64,000 nt of DNA from Candidatus Omnitrophota bacterium (GTDB lineage Bacteria; Omnitrophota; Gorgyraeia; 1-14-0-20-64-10). The DNA is taken from contig JAHFFE010000001.1 in NCBI GenBank assembly GCA_023248155.1, positions 20,873 to 84,872 of the forward strand, in the 5' to 3' direction. Made by a program: the position numbers and the translations under genes. The notes beneath the pieces are model-generated. The model saw only the letters and a list, made by a program, of their open reading frames with translations, made no database searches and was not told where the DNA came from. Positions 1 through 8,731 of the stretch are shown here, one piece after another (position 1 is the stretch's first letter; every line of letters starts with the position of its first letter).

Positions 1-1260
1 TTCGGTCAGCGAAAAAGTAAGGAACACATTGATGGAATACATCGTCACCAGCATCGTGATGTTTCCGCGCGTGTACAGCAACGTAAGGATTGAGGCAATC
101 CCCATTAACACAATCCCGTTTTTCATCGTGAGCCGGTCGGACAACTGCGAAAAGCCGTGCGGCAGCCAGGAATCGTGCGCCATGTTCGACATGATGCGCG
201 GCCCGTCGAGAAAACCGGCCTGCGCGGCCACGAACAAAAGCCCCGCTTCGGCGGCCAGCGTCAAAATCACGAACAAATGGCCGGTCGGAATGCCGTGGAA
301 CGACCACCCTCCGGCAAATCGCGTCAATAAAACAGCGTTCATCGTTTTGCCGTTTTCGGGCGTCACCTGGAACAGCAGGTAGCAGAGCAAAATACCGCTG
401 GCCATCAGCGCCAGAGAAACCGACATGTAGAGCATCGTGCGGCGGCCTGTTTGCACTTTCGGCTCACGCATGATCTGCAAACCGTTGGAGACCGCTTCGA
501 TTCCGGTGTAGGTACCGCCGCCCATCGCGTAGGCGTGCATGAACAAGGCAGCCATTCCGAAAACACCCAGCGTGCCCAGCCCCGATTGAAAGCCGGTGTG
601 AACATCGGAGGCGACGCGATGGAAATCGCCCAGGTGTGACCCGACCCCGCCAAAAATCAGGACTAAATGCGTAATGAGAAAGATGCCGAACACCGGCGTT
701 AAAACAGCGACCGATTCTTTGACGCCGCGCAGGTTCAATAGCACCAGCAAAAGAATGGCCACGGCTGCGACCAACAGTTTGTAGGTAATAAAATGAGGCG
801 GCAACACGCTGAAAATTTGGTCGACGCCGCTGGCGATTGAAACAGAGATGGTCAACACATAGTCAACGATCAGCGCGGAACCGGAAACCACGCCGAACCG
901 GGGCCCCAGCAGACGGCTGGCCACGACATAACCGCCGCCGCCGTACGGGAAATGTTCAATGATCCGGCTGTACGCGTAGGAAATAATGAAGACGGTCAGC
1001 GCGGTGGCGAGCGCGAGGCCGACAGCCAGGTAGGTATGCTGCCCCAGCGCACGGAACGCTTCTTCGGGACCGTACGCCGACGACGACAACCCGTCGGCGC
1101 CTAAGCCCACCCAGGCCAGCAGCGCGACTAGCGACACTTTATGGAAAACAGACGGATCGGTAATGTTGCGCGGCGCGCCCAGTAAAACGCGCTTCCATTT
1201 CGCCCAAAAACCGTTTTCCGGATGTTCCGGATGTCCGTTCGATTCAGTCTGTTTGTTCAT
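1..1260 (-). CDS. APC-family amino-acid/polyamine permease; 3' end runs off the window
   Basis: Minus-strand ATG at 1258-1260 opens a frame with no stop before position 1. My translation (MNKQTESNGHPEHPENGFWAKWKRVLLGAPRNITDPSVF..., continuing as polytopic Gly/Ala-rich hydrophobic segments) resembles APC permeases. It is absent from the ORF track because no stop lies in the window. Confidence 0.55.
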   Translation of the reverse strand, partial: MNKQTESNGHPEHPENGFWAKWKRVLLGAPRNITDPSVFHKVSLVALLAWVGLGADGLSSSAYGPEEAFRALGQHTYLAVGLALATALTVFIISYAYSRIIEHFPYGGGGYVVASRLLGPRFGVVSGSALIVDYVLTISVSIASGVDQIFSVLPPHFITYKLLVAAVAILLLVLLNLRGVKESVAVLTPVFGIFLITHLVLIFGGVGSHLGDFHRVASDVHTGFQSGLGTLGVFGMAALFMHAYAMGGGTYTGIEAVSNGLQIMREPKVQTGRRTMLYMSVSLALMASGILLCYLLFQVTPENGKTMNAVLLTRFAGGWSFHGIPTGHLFVILTLAAEAGLLFVAAQAGFLDGPRIMSNMAHDSWLPHGFSQLSDRLTMKNGIVLMGIASILTLLYTRGNITMLVTMYSINVFLTFSLTE

Positions 1261-1269
1261 TTGGTTTAA

Positions 1270-1310
1270 AAGAAAAATCGCCGTATTAACATACGGCGAT
1301 CTATGTTTTT
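1270..1310 (-). terminator. Rho-independent terminator after the DUF1573-rhodanese-MauE operon
   Basis: The stem atcgccgtat/tacggcgat has an A-run on one side and a T-run on the other, and sits directly downstream of the minus-strand stop at 1313. Confidence 0.5.
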
Positions 1311-1312
1311 TA

Positions 1313-1738
1313 TTATACCGCGTTGGCGCGGAAAATCCAGCGGGCGGCGGCCAAACCGGCGGCGGCCCGAACCAGCGCGGCCATCAGCGAATGCTGCCCC
1401 GGTTCGCTGAGCGCTCCAAAACAGCCGCAATGGATGTCCAGCCCGCGAATCAGCGCCTGGAGGAGCGCCAGAAAAAAGAGCGCGAACAAAAAAGCGGCGC
1501 AGAGGGCCGCTCCGGCTCTTACGCGTTTTACAAGCAAGCCGGCACCCGTCATTATTTCAAACCAGGGAAGCGTATAGGCCAGCGCCACGCCTGCGCTATA
1601 AGGAAGCAGGCGGTAGTTGTTGATCGCGGCGGCGAAAAGATCGGGGCGGGCCAATTTGGAAATACCGGCCCATAGAAAAAGAGCGGCAACACCATACCGC
1701 AGAATTGGCTCTATGATTTTTTTTGCCATGCGTCCCAT
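1313..1738 (-). CDS. MauE/DoxX-family redox membrane protein
   Basis: 141 aa with four predicted TM helices and a conserved HCGCFG motif. It overlaps the upstream rhodanese gene. Confidence 0.55.
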   Translation of the reverse strand: MGRMAKKIIEPILRYGVAALFLWAGISKLARPDLFAAAINNYRLLPYSAGVALAYTLPWFEIMTGAGLLVKRVRAGAALCAAFLFALFFLALLQALIRGLDIHCGCFGALSEPGQHSLMAALVRAAAGLAAARWIFRANAV

Positions 1739-2124
1739 CCGCCGTCGAGAACGAAAACCGGCGTTAGCTGGATTGATTTTAACCGGCGCGCTACCGATTC
1801 GCTGGCGCGGCAGCCGCGGTCACTGCAATAAACAATAATCCTCTGCCCCGGCTGCCAAACAGCCAGAAGCGCCGGCAGACAACGATCCCATTCATCCTCG
1901 TTCAATAAAATGGCGCCAGGGATATGCCCGCTCTCATAATCTACGCGTGAACGCGCGTCAACCCAAAGCACCTGCAACTGTTCCGGATGAATGCCCGAGA
2001 ATGTTATCCGAAGAACATCCGAACGGGTCCAGACCGGACGGACCGGATGCAATGCCAGCGAAAGAGCGGCCAAAAAAAGCGACAGACCCCAAAGAAGGAG
2101 CGCCTGCCCCAACGGTTTTTTCAT
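1711..2124 (-). CDS. Rhodanese-like sulfurtransferase domain protein with signal peptide
   Basis: 137 aa with a signal peptide and the active-site loop YCSDRGCRAS, typical of the rhodanese Cys loop. It overlaps the upstream gene by 4 nt. Confidence 0.6.
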   Translation of the reverse strand: MKKPLGQALLLWGLSLFLAALSLALHPVRPVWTRSDVLRITFSGIHPEQLQVLWVDARSRVDYESGHIPGAILLNEDEWDRCLPALLAVWQPGQRIIVYCSDRGCRASESVARRLKSIQLTPVFVLDGGWDAWQKKS

Positions 2125-2792
2125 TCTTTTACCAGCGGATAGGCGTAATAAAAACGCGTTTTCCCATTGGGGAACCGGGCGGTCAAAAGCACTGTGGCAT
2201 TCAACGGCCGCCCGGTCTGACGCGGAATCAGAATTAGTTTATAGAGACGGCCCGGCTCAACCACTTTGAGGATCGGTTTGAATTCGACACGGTTGGATTC
2301 GGCCGCGATCAGCTCAATTGGAAAATCAGTCTGCACGCGGATGATGCTGGTTTTGTGGTAAATCGGCTCGCCGGTTTTCCAAACCTGGACCATCGGTGAA
2401 ATCTCCAGCGTTTCAGGAATAGCGGCTTTCAGCATGAGGCGCGTTTCTGACTGGTTCGGATCGTCGGTACGCACCAGAATCGTGCGGGTCTGCGGACCGA
2501 TCCGCTGGCCGAAATGAAACGTCACCGACAAAAGACCACCCTCCCCCGGCGCGTATTCCCACTTCGCCAACTCCGTCGTGGTACAACCGCAATCGGGCTT
2601 GACCTCTTCGATGAAAATTGGGCGGCGGCCTTTATTTCGAAATGGGAATTCAACTGTGATCTCGGACTCTTCGGCCGTCACATTCGCTTGAATTTCGGTT
2701 CGTTCCCAATTCAGTTGCGCGTGTGCCGGATCGGCGGCGAAAAGAATCCCGAGCATTAAAATGATTGTTTGAATAGAGCGGTGATCTCTCAT
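2121..2792 (-). CDS. DUF1573 domain secreted protein
   Basis: Contains the PDCGCTT motif characteristic of DUF1573. The likely start is the internal Met (MRDHRSIQTIILMLGILFAADPAHAQ, a signal peptide) rather than the track start at 2855, which would overlap hemW. Confidence 0.5.
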   Translation of the reverse strand: MRDHRSIQTIILMLGILFAADPAHAQLNWERTEIQANVTAEESEITVEFPFRNKGRRPIFIEEVKPDCGCTTTELAKWEYAPGEGGLLSVTFHFGQRIGPQTRTILVRTDDPNQSETRLMLKAAIPETLEISPMVQVWKTGEPIYHKTSIIRVQTDFPIELIAAESNRVEFKPILKVVEPGRLYKLILIPRQTGRPLNATVLLTARFPNGKTRFYYAYPLVKE

Positions 2793-2811
2793 GGGCGTAC
2801 AATAGATTATT

Positions 2812-3984
2812 ATGACACGCGGATTGTATATCCACATTCCATTTTGCGCGCGCAAATGTTTCTACTGCGATTTCGTGATTACCGTAAAACATGCGGCCGG
2901 CGACCGCGCCCGTTTTCTTTCAGTGCTGGAAAAAGATCTGGCGCAGGCGGCCCGCCGGTACAGGCATCTCTCATTTGCAACTCTCTACTTCGGCGGAGGA
3001 ACCCCTTCTCTTCTGACACCCGATGAGCTGCGGCGGATCATGGCCGCAATTCGTCACCAGTTTATAATCGTGCCGGACGCCGAAATCACGCTGGAGCTGA
3101 ATCCCGACGACGCTTCCGAAGAAAAATTGCGCGCATTCCGGAAGTACGGCATCAACCGCATCAGCATCGGCGTGCAATCATTCAACGACCGCCTTTTGCA
3201 GCAGATGGGCCGCCTGCACGACGCCGAAGGGGCCCGCCGGGCGCTGCGCTTGATCCGGGAAACCGGTTTCACGAATGTCAGCGCCGATTTGATCCTGCGC
3301 CTGCCGGAACAAACCGCCGGCGATGTTCGCGACTCCGTCGGAGAACTGATTAAAGCCGGCGTATCGCAAGTGGTGCTGTACGATCTGGATGTCCACGAAA
3401 AAACAGTGTACGGCCTGCGGCAACGGCAAGGCCGGCTTCCGCTTCCCGAAGAACCGCTTCACCGGGAAATGTTTTCGGCGGCATTAACGGCGCTGGAAAA
3501 TGCGGGTTTCGCGCAGTACGAGGTTTCCAGTTTCGCGCGGCCCGGTTTTGAATCGAAACATAACCTGATTTATTGGCGCAACCAGGACTATTTAGGGTTG
3601 GGTCCCGGCGCGTTTTCATACCTCGACGGAACACGCTCTCAATTCGCCGGCAATACGACGCGTTATCTTGAGAAATGCGCCGCCGATGACTGGCAGCCCG
3701 ATACCGCTGAAATTATTTCGCCGCACAACCGGCAGGTGGAAACGCTTTTAACGGGATTGCGGCTGGCCGAAGGAATCGATTTGGCTCAGTTACCGGATTT
3801 GCGAAACCGGTTGGCAGAAGCGCTGCCGCCGTTCATGGAAAAAGAATTGGTGCAGTTAAAAGAAAACCGGCTCTCGATGACGCGGGAAGGACGGTTTATC
3901 GCGGAAACAATTCTTTCGGCGCTGGTTACGCCTTGCTTGGATTCCGGACCAGTTTCTGTTTCCCCGCGCGGTCTAACTTCTTAA
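2812..3984 (+). CDS. hemW: Radical-SAM heme chaperone HemW (HemN-like)
   Basis: 390 aa. The N-terminus YIHIPFCARKCFYCDF carries the CxxxCxxC radical-SAM motif with the conserved flanking hemW residues. Confidence 0.85.
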   Translation: MTRGLYIHIPFCARKCFYCDFVITVKHAAGDRARFLSVLEKDLAQAARRYRHLSFATLYFGGGTPSLLTPDELRRIMAAIRHQFIIVPDAEITLELNPDDASEEKLRAFRKYGINRISIGVQSFNDRLLQQMGRLHDAEGARRALRLIRETGFTNVSADLILRLPEQTAGDVRDSVGELIKAGVSQVVLYDLDVHEKTVYGLRQRQGRLPLPEEPLHREMFSAALTALENAGFAQYEVSSFARPGFESKHNLIYWRNQDYLGLGPGAFSYLDGTRSQFAGNTTRYLEKCAADDWQPDTAEIISPHNRQVETLLTGLRLAEGIDLAQLPDLRNRLAEALPPFMEKELVQLKENRLSMTREGRFIAETILSALVTPCLDSGPVSVSPRGLTS

Positions 3985-4189
3985 TCGCGATCTCACGCTT
4001 CAGCGCCGCGGAACGGCTGGCGCATTTCTGCTGATAAACCAACAGGACCGGACGCCGTGAACGGGTATAGGCCGCGGCTGTTTTACCCGTATTATGCTCG
4101 ACGACCCGTCGATTCAGATCCGTGGTAACGCCGGTGTAGAGCGATCGGTCGCTGCAGCGCACAATATAGACGACCCAGATTGATTTCAA
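3926..4189 (-). CDS. GIY-YIG nuclease family protein (UPF0213-like)
   Basis: The C-terminal 88 aa (IWVVYIVRCSDRSLYTGVTTDLNRRVVEHNTGKTAAAYTRSRRP...IKKL) match the GIY-YIG fold. The probable TTG start is at 4187-4189; the ORF-track N-terminus is an unlikely extension. It converges on and overlaps the hemW 3' end. Confidence 0.5.
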   Translation of the reverse strand: MKSIWVVYIVRCSDRSLYTGVTTDLNRRVVEHNTGKTAAAYTRSRRPVLLVYQQKCASRSAALKREIAIKKLDRAGKQKLVRNPSKA

Positions 4190-5124
4190 GAGTGCCCAAT
4201 TGAAACTGCATGAACCAACGGAAACAACCGCTCCACTTCGCGGCGACTGCACAACGTGGTTCCCTCCGTTAGAACGGCAGCAGTACCGGCAGCAACTCCG
4301 TAACAAACCGCCTTCTGAATCGTGGCGCCTTTTTCGAGTGCCAACAAACAACCGGCAATCGTGGAATCACCCGCGCCGACGCGGCTGAGCGGTTTCACCG
4401 GCGGAGCCTTCACGCGGAAAGCTTCTTGCGCCGTGACAGCCACGGCACCGCGCGCGCCCAGCGTCACCAGTACCAGCGTAATCCCTTTTTTAATCAGAGC
4501 CCTGGCCGCCGCGACAATCTGCGAATCGCTGCCGCAGGCCTTTCCAGTCAGCCGTTTAAATTCATGTTCATTCGGCTTGATCATAAACGGCGCCGCTTGC
4601 ACGCCCCGCACAAGTGCCTGATCATCGGAATCGAGAACACAGCGAACGCCTGCTTTTTTCAGACGGACAATTTGCCGCCGGTAAAAATCGGACGGAACTC
4701 CAGGCGGCAATGATCCGGCCAGCACCCAGAAGGACGGCTTTTCCTTGAGTGAGTGCATTTGGGCGCATAATCGCTTGAGTTCTGCCCCTGTTACTTTCGG
4801 GCCGGGCGCGCGCAGATGAGTTTGGGTCCGGTCGCTTAAATCGGTAATCGTCGTATTGATGCGGGTTTCATTCGTAATTTCGGTAAACCGCTGCCGGATG
4901 CCGGCCCGGTCCAGCCAGTGCGTCAGCATGCGGCCGGTCATGCCGCCGGTCAAGCCGAACGCGCAGCTGCGGCCGCCCAGCTCATGAACCACGCGGCTGA
5001 CATTGACCCCTTTTCCGCCGGCAAACCATTGGTCGCCCTGAATGCGGATCGCGTCATCTTTAGTCAGTTTATGGACCCGAAGATAATGGTCCACCGACGG
5101 ATTCATTGTCAGCGTGGCAATCAT
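4186..5124 (-). CDS. PfkB-family sugar kinase (1-phosphofructokinase / tagatose-6-P kinase-like)
   Basis: 312 aa with a GG dipeptide region and the C-terminal GAGDS motif (VGAGDSTIAG) of ribokinase/pfkB kinases. Confidence 0.7.
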   Translation of the reverse strand: MIATLTMNPSVDHYLRVHKLTKDDAIRIQGDQWFAGGKGVNVSRVVHELGGRSCAFGLTGGMTGRMLTHWLDRAGIRQRFTEITNETRINTTITDLSDRTQTHLRAPGPKVTGAELKRLCAQMHSLKEKPSFWVLAGSLPPGVPSDFYRRQIVRLKKAGVRCVLDSDDQALVRGVQAAPFMIKPNEHEFKRLTGKACGSDSQIVAAARALIKKGITLVLVTLGARGAVAVTAQEAFRVKAPPVKPLSRVGAGDSTIAGCLLALEKGATIQKAVCYGVAAGTAAVLTEGTTLCSRREVERLFPLVHAVSIGHS

Positions 5125-5174
5125 CGACGGTTCCGCATTTTTTTCATTGACGAGCCCTCTGTTTCAGAGTTACT

Positions 5175-5618
5175 GTGAATACCGTGCTGAAGAAATTTCT
5201 GTCCCAATTGCTCGGTTCAAAAAAACCGGCGGCGGCGGCCAAGAAAAAACCGGCGGCCGCTAAAAAAACCGTATCCAAAAAGAAAGCCCCCGCAAAAAAA
5301 CCAACCGCAAAAAAGAAACCGGTTAAAAAACCCGCCAAAAGATCTGTTAAGAAAAAAGCGGCGGCCGAAGGCGCACAGGAAATCGGCCGCGTCGTCGCGT
5401 TCTTTCGAATCCCGGTCGTTGCCGTAATCCGCGCCACGAAACAGCCGCTGAAATCCGGCGACCGAATCTGGATCAAAGGCCACACGACGAACATCAAGAT
5501 GACCGCTTCATCGCTGCAGGTGGACCACAAGCCGGTTTCCGAAGTCAAAAAAGGAAAAGAGGCCGGCCTCAAACTCCCCTCACGCGCGCGCCTCGGCGAC
5601 CGCGTTTATCGAATTTAA
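5175..5618 (+). CDS. Histone H1-like Lys/Ala/Pro-rich basic protein with C-terminal beta-barrel-like domain
   Basis: The N-terminal ~60 aa are AKKP/AAKK repeats. The C-terminal ~75 aa (GDRIWIKGHTTNIKMTASSLQVDHKPVSEVKKGKEAGLKL...GDRVYRI) resemble translation-factor domain II barrels. Confidence 0.5.
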   Translation: MNTVLKKFLSQLLGSKKPAAAAKKKPAAAKKTVSKKKAPAKKPTAKKKPVKKPAKRSVKKKAAAEGAQEIGRVVAFFRIPVVAVIRATKQPLKSGDRIWIKGHTTNIKMTASSLQVDHKPVSEVKKGKEAGLKLPSRARLGDRVYRI

Positions 5619-6016
5619 GAAGACCGCCATTGTTGTTTACTGGCTTCCCACTCGCGCTCCATCGTATAAAACCGAACGCGCTGGTCCGGCGCTAAAACGG
5701 CGACAATTTCCTGCTGCATCTCCATTCGGATTGCTTTAAATCGAGGACGGATCTCGGCGCGCAACGCTTCCATTTTTTCTGTTTTCGCATCTAAAATCTT
5801 TTTCACACGGCTGGTCTGCTCGGTATTCAACCGCAGCTCAGCAATAAACCGGGACAGCAGTTTTTCTTTTTTCTGTTCAGCCGTATATTTTGGAATGCAA
5901 AAAAATTGCTGATGAACGCGCGCCGTCCCAAACCCGGCACCCAGAAGAAATGCGATGACCACCGCAAGGGTGACTGGCTTCCATGCGATTGGGGTCATCA
6001 TGAGGGTGTCTCCCAT
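5615..6016 (-). CDS. Spy/CpxP-family (LTXXQ) periplasmic stress protein
   Basis: 133 aa with an N-terminal TM anchor and an LNTEQ motif plus a helical K/E-rich body. It is the last gene of the ECF sigma operon. Confidence 0.45.
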   Translation of the reverse strand: MGDTLMMTPIAWKPVTLAVVIAFLLGAGFGTARVHQQFFCIPKYTAEQKKEKLLSRFIAELRLNTEQTSRVKKILDAKTEKMEALRAEIRPRFKAIRMEMQQEIVAVLAPDQRVRFYTMEREWEASKQQWRSS

Positions 6017-6441
6017 AAAATTTCAGCGGCGCTTTTATTCGGTTCATGCAGCGTATTAATCCATTGGCTTCCGGCCGGCTGAAGGCTGTCGAGCACCGTC
6101 TCGGCGGAAACATGGGCCGACGGAACTCCGAAATATCCTATGACAAAAATAACGGCCGCGGCCGCCGCAATTCCCAATTCTGGATAAAGCCATTCCGGGA
6201 TCCAGCGTTTCGTCCGGACCGGCAGCGACTCCACGCGGGCCATCACGCGGTCAACGAACGGCGATGACGGTTCCTGCGTTACCCAAGTTGCCACGATTTG
6301 CCGCGTCTGCTGCCACTGCTGCAGCGCCTCACGGCATTCCGCGCATGATTCCAGATGATGCAAAACCGTGCGCATCTGTGGATTGGGCAGCTGGCCTTCT
6401 TCGAAGTCAGCCAATCGTTCCTGAACCCGGTTATGTTCCAT
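5998..6441 (-). CDS. Anti-sigma factor with zf-HC2 zinc finger
   Basis: 147 aa with an HHLESCAEC motif (H-x3-C-x2-C) followed by a TM segment. It lies immediately downstream of, and overlapping, the ECF sigma gene. Confidence 0.6.
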   Translation of the reverse strand: MEHNRVQERLADFEEGQLPNPQMRTVLHHLESCAECREALQQWQQTRQIVATWVTQEPSSPFVDRVMARVESLPVRTKRWIPEWLYPELGIAAAAAVIFVIGYFGVPSAHVSAETVLDSLQPAGSQWINTLHEPNKSAAEILWETPS

Positions 6442-7000
6442 CGCGAAACCCTCGTTTAATTAACCGCGCTTCCAATTCCTTGCGAGCCCGCCGAAGCCGG
6501 GCTTTCACGGCATCGAGCGAACATCCCAGCGCGCGAGCCGTTTCCTGATAACTCATCTCCTGAACTTCCCGCAGCACCAGCACCTCGCGCGCCTGGGGCG
6601 TCATGGCCGTCAGCGCCTGCCGAACTTCCAGCATCCGGTCCGTTGGACGATCAACCCGCGGCTGCACGGCTATTTGGCCTTCAAGCCAATCGCCCTGTTG
6701 TTCGCTCAACGCGTCGAGTGATTCAGCGCGCGTACGAATTTTCCGGCGTAAAAGATCGCGGCAGTGGTTCACCGCGATCCGGTAAATCCAGGTTGAAAAA
6801 CCGGACCGGCCGGCGAACCGGTCCAGTGATTGATACGCTTTGATGAATATTTCTTGAGCGGCGTCATCGGCATCGGCCGCGTTGCCCAAAGCTCCAAGGC
6901 AATACCCGCGGACGCGCGTTTCATACTTACGCACCAAAACCGCGTAGGTCTGAACATCGCCGGAACGAATTTGCTCAATCGCCAGATTCTCTTCATCCAT
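6431..7000 (-). CDS. ECF (group IV) sigma-70 factor
   Basis: 189 aa with a sigma-70 region 2 (FSTWIYRIAVNHCRDLLR) and region 4 (MSYQETARALGCSLDAVKARLRRARKEL). Confidence 0.85.
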   Translation of the reverse strand: MDEENLAIEQIRSGDVQTYAVLVRKYETRVRGYCLGALGNAADADDAAQEIFIKAYQSLDRFAGRSGFSTWIYRIAVNHCRDLLRRKIRTRAESLDALSEQQGDWLEGQIAVQPRVDRPTDRMLEVRQALTAMTPQAREVLVLREVQEMSYQETARALGCSLDAVKARLRRARKELEARLIKRGFRDGT

Positions 7001-7007
7001 ATCCCTA

Positions 7008-7415
7008 TCATTTTAATCCATAAACCGCCTTTAATTGCTCTGCTGTTGGCAGAGACAGATACTGCTCGCCGCGCGGCCCAATATAGACGTTGCCTTGCCG
7101 CCGCAATGTGACCGGCGTATAGCTGCCGTTATCGTTCATCACATTAACAACGACGGTATCTACAGAGGCCGCCGGGACAATAACAGTCCGCGGCGATTCA
7201 CGGTAAATTACGACCGGCCGGCGATGCGAACGATGATGATCCCTCCAACCCTGATGCGAATGTCGCGGAAAATGCCCGACCGAGTAGCGAATGCTCCAGC
7301 CCTCGTCGCGCGAATACCGGTCATGATGCCCGAAATCGCACGAATCAGCCCATGCGGTGGTGGAAAGCGCCATAAAACCGGCGACGATCACCGCAACCCA
7401 CATTAACTTTTTCAT
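7008..7415 (-). CDS. Secreted His/Arg-rich protein, paralog of 7433-7888 (shared C-terminal domain)
   Basis: Signal peptide followed by an HHD/HRSHRR-rich segment. The C-terminus VVVNVMNDNGSYTPVTLRRQGNVYIGPRGEQYLSLPTAEQLKAVYG aligns with the C-terminus of the next gene. Confidence 0.45.
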   Translation of the reverse strand: MKKLMWVAVIVAGFMALSTTAWADSCDFGHHDRYSRDEGWSIRYSVGHFPRHSHQGWRDHHRSHRRPVVIYRESPRTVIVPAASVDTVVVNVMNDNGSYTPVTLRRQGNVYIGPRGEQYLSLPTAEQLKAVYGLK

Positions 7416-7432
7416 CGGATTATCCTTCTCCG

Positions 7433-7888
7433 TTAAAACCCGTAGACCGGACGCAGTTGATCTTCACTGGGTATCTGCAAATAGCGTTCGCCTTTAGGAC
7501 CAACCCATTCGTTGCCATCGCGGCGCAATGTGACCGGTGTGATCGATCCATTGCTGTTATGAACATTGATGACCACAGTGTTGGCCGTCTCCAGCGCCTG
7601 CCGTGCCTGCTGGCTGGATTGATCGTTCTCGGCCGCCATCTCTGCTTTATCCTGTTCGTTGCCGATCACATAACCGCCGGCTCCGCCAACCGCCGCGCCA
7701 ATGGCCGCACCCGCACCTGTCTCACCTGATTGATGACCAATAACGGCACCCAAACCGGCACCGACCAAGCTTCCGATCACGGCGCCAGGAACTGCCTTGC
7801 TATCCTTCTTTTGAGTAGCGCATCCTGCCGATAAAACTGAAACAGAAACAACCAGTAAAGCGGCAACAACATGATTTGAAAGTTTCAT
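7433..7888 (-). CDS. Lipoprotein with glycine-zipper region, paralog of 7008-7415
   Basis: LSAGC lipobox and GxxxG glycine-zipper repeats (GSLVGAGLGAVIG...GAAVGGAGGYVIG). The C-terminus is VVINVHNSNGSITPVTLRRDGNEWVGPKGERYLQIPSEDQLRPVYG. Confidence 0.5.
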   Translation of the reverse strand: MKLSNHVVAALLVVSVSVLSAGCATQKKDSKAVPGAVIGSLVGAGLGAVIGHQSGETGAGAAIGAAVGGAGGYVIGNEQDKAEMAAENDQSSQQARQALETANTVVINVHNSNGSITPVTLRRDGNEWVGPKGERYLQIPSEDQLRPVYGF

Positions 7889-8025
7889 TTTTTGTATCCT
7901 CCTGATTGTTTAGACGAACGGAAGGGGCAAAAAGTGTCAAAAATTTTAGAAGCAAAGGAGTCGGTCCGGGCATGGGAGCCGTGGACACGCTCCCGAACTG
8001 ACTCGAAACCGCGACACGGGCTATT

Positions 8026-8727
8026 TTAGGAGGAGGGGTCTTGCGGTTTTTTAGCGAACGGTTGGTCTTTGAGCACAAACCGGACCGGAATTTTTATTTT
8101 CGATTCAACGGTCAGCATTCCGATATGAGCCGGATCAAATTTCCAACGGCGGATTGTTTTTAGCGACGACTCATCGAGCATTGGGAATCCGGAACTTTTC
8201 TCAATCTCCACTTGAGATGGCCGGCCGGACTTATCAACGGTAACGGCCAACAGCACGAGTCCCTCCTCGCCGCGCGCCAAAGAAGCCCAGGGATACGGCG
8301 GGGCCGGGTTTCTCAAATATTTCGATTTTCCCTCTGCAATTGCGCCGCCGGCAGAATAGAAGGTGGTGGGGTCATTGCCCGGCACCGGTGAACTGCCATC
8401 GCCGACCGGACCGCCTTTTTTCGCTTTCTCGACAGAATCGACAGTCGGCGTTTCTTGCGTGCCCCATTCATTATCGGTTTCAGTTTTTTCCGCTTCTTTT
8501 TGTTCCCGGCGATGGGCCACTGAAAGATCGGTCTGTTCCGCGTTCCCTTCGCGCGGTGCAGCAACTAACGAAATTTCAATGCCGCCGGTTCCGGCTTCCA
8601 CACCATACTGCGCCGGCCGAACAAACAGCACCCCGCCTCCTAAAAAAATCACGCCGTGTAAAATCAACGATCCAAAAATACCCAGGCGGTGGTCTTGTGA
8701 CGGGTTCGAAAGCGGCAACTGGAGCAC
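8026..8727 (-). CDS. tonB: Energy transducer TonB
   Basis: N-terminal TM segment, a Pro/Glu-rich spacer and the TonB C-terminal domain (GEEGLVLLAVTVDKSGRPSQVEI). A GTG at 8725-8727 follows the exbD stop by 4 nt and is preferred over the track start at 8850, which overlaps exbD by 119 nt. Confidence 0.6.
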   Translation of the reverse strand: MLQLPLSNPSQDHRLGIFGSLILHGVIFLGGGVLFVRPAQYGVEAGTGGIEISLVAAPREGNAEQTDLSVAHRREQKEAEKTETDNEWGTQETPTVDSVEKAKKGGPVGDGSSPVPGNDPTTFYSAGGAIAEGKSKYLRNPAPPYPWASLARGEEGLVLLAVTVDKSGRPSQVEIEKSSGFPMLDESSLKTIRRWKFDPAHIGMLTVESKIKIPVRFVLKDQPFAKKPQDPSS

Positions 8728-8731
8728 TGGT

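Noticed and set aside
29-382. 117-aa plus-strand ORF at the window start
   Set aside because: It lies antisense within the minus-strand APC permease frame, which runs 1-1260 without a stop.
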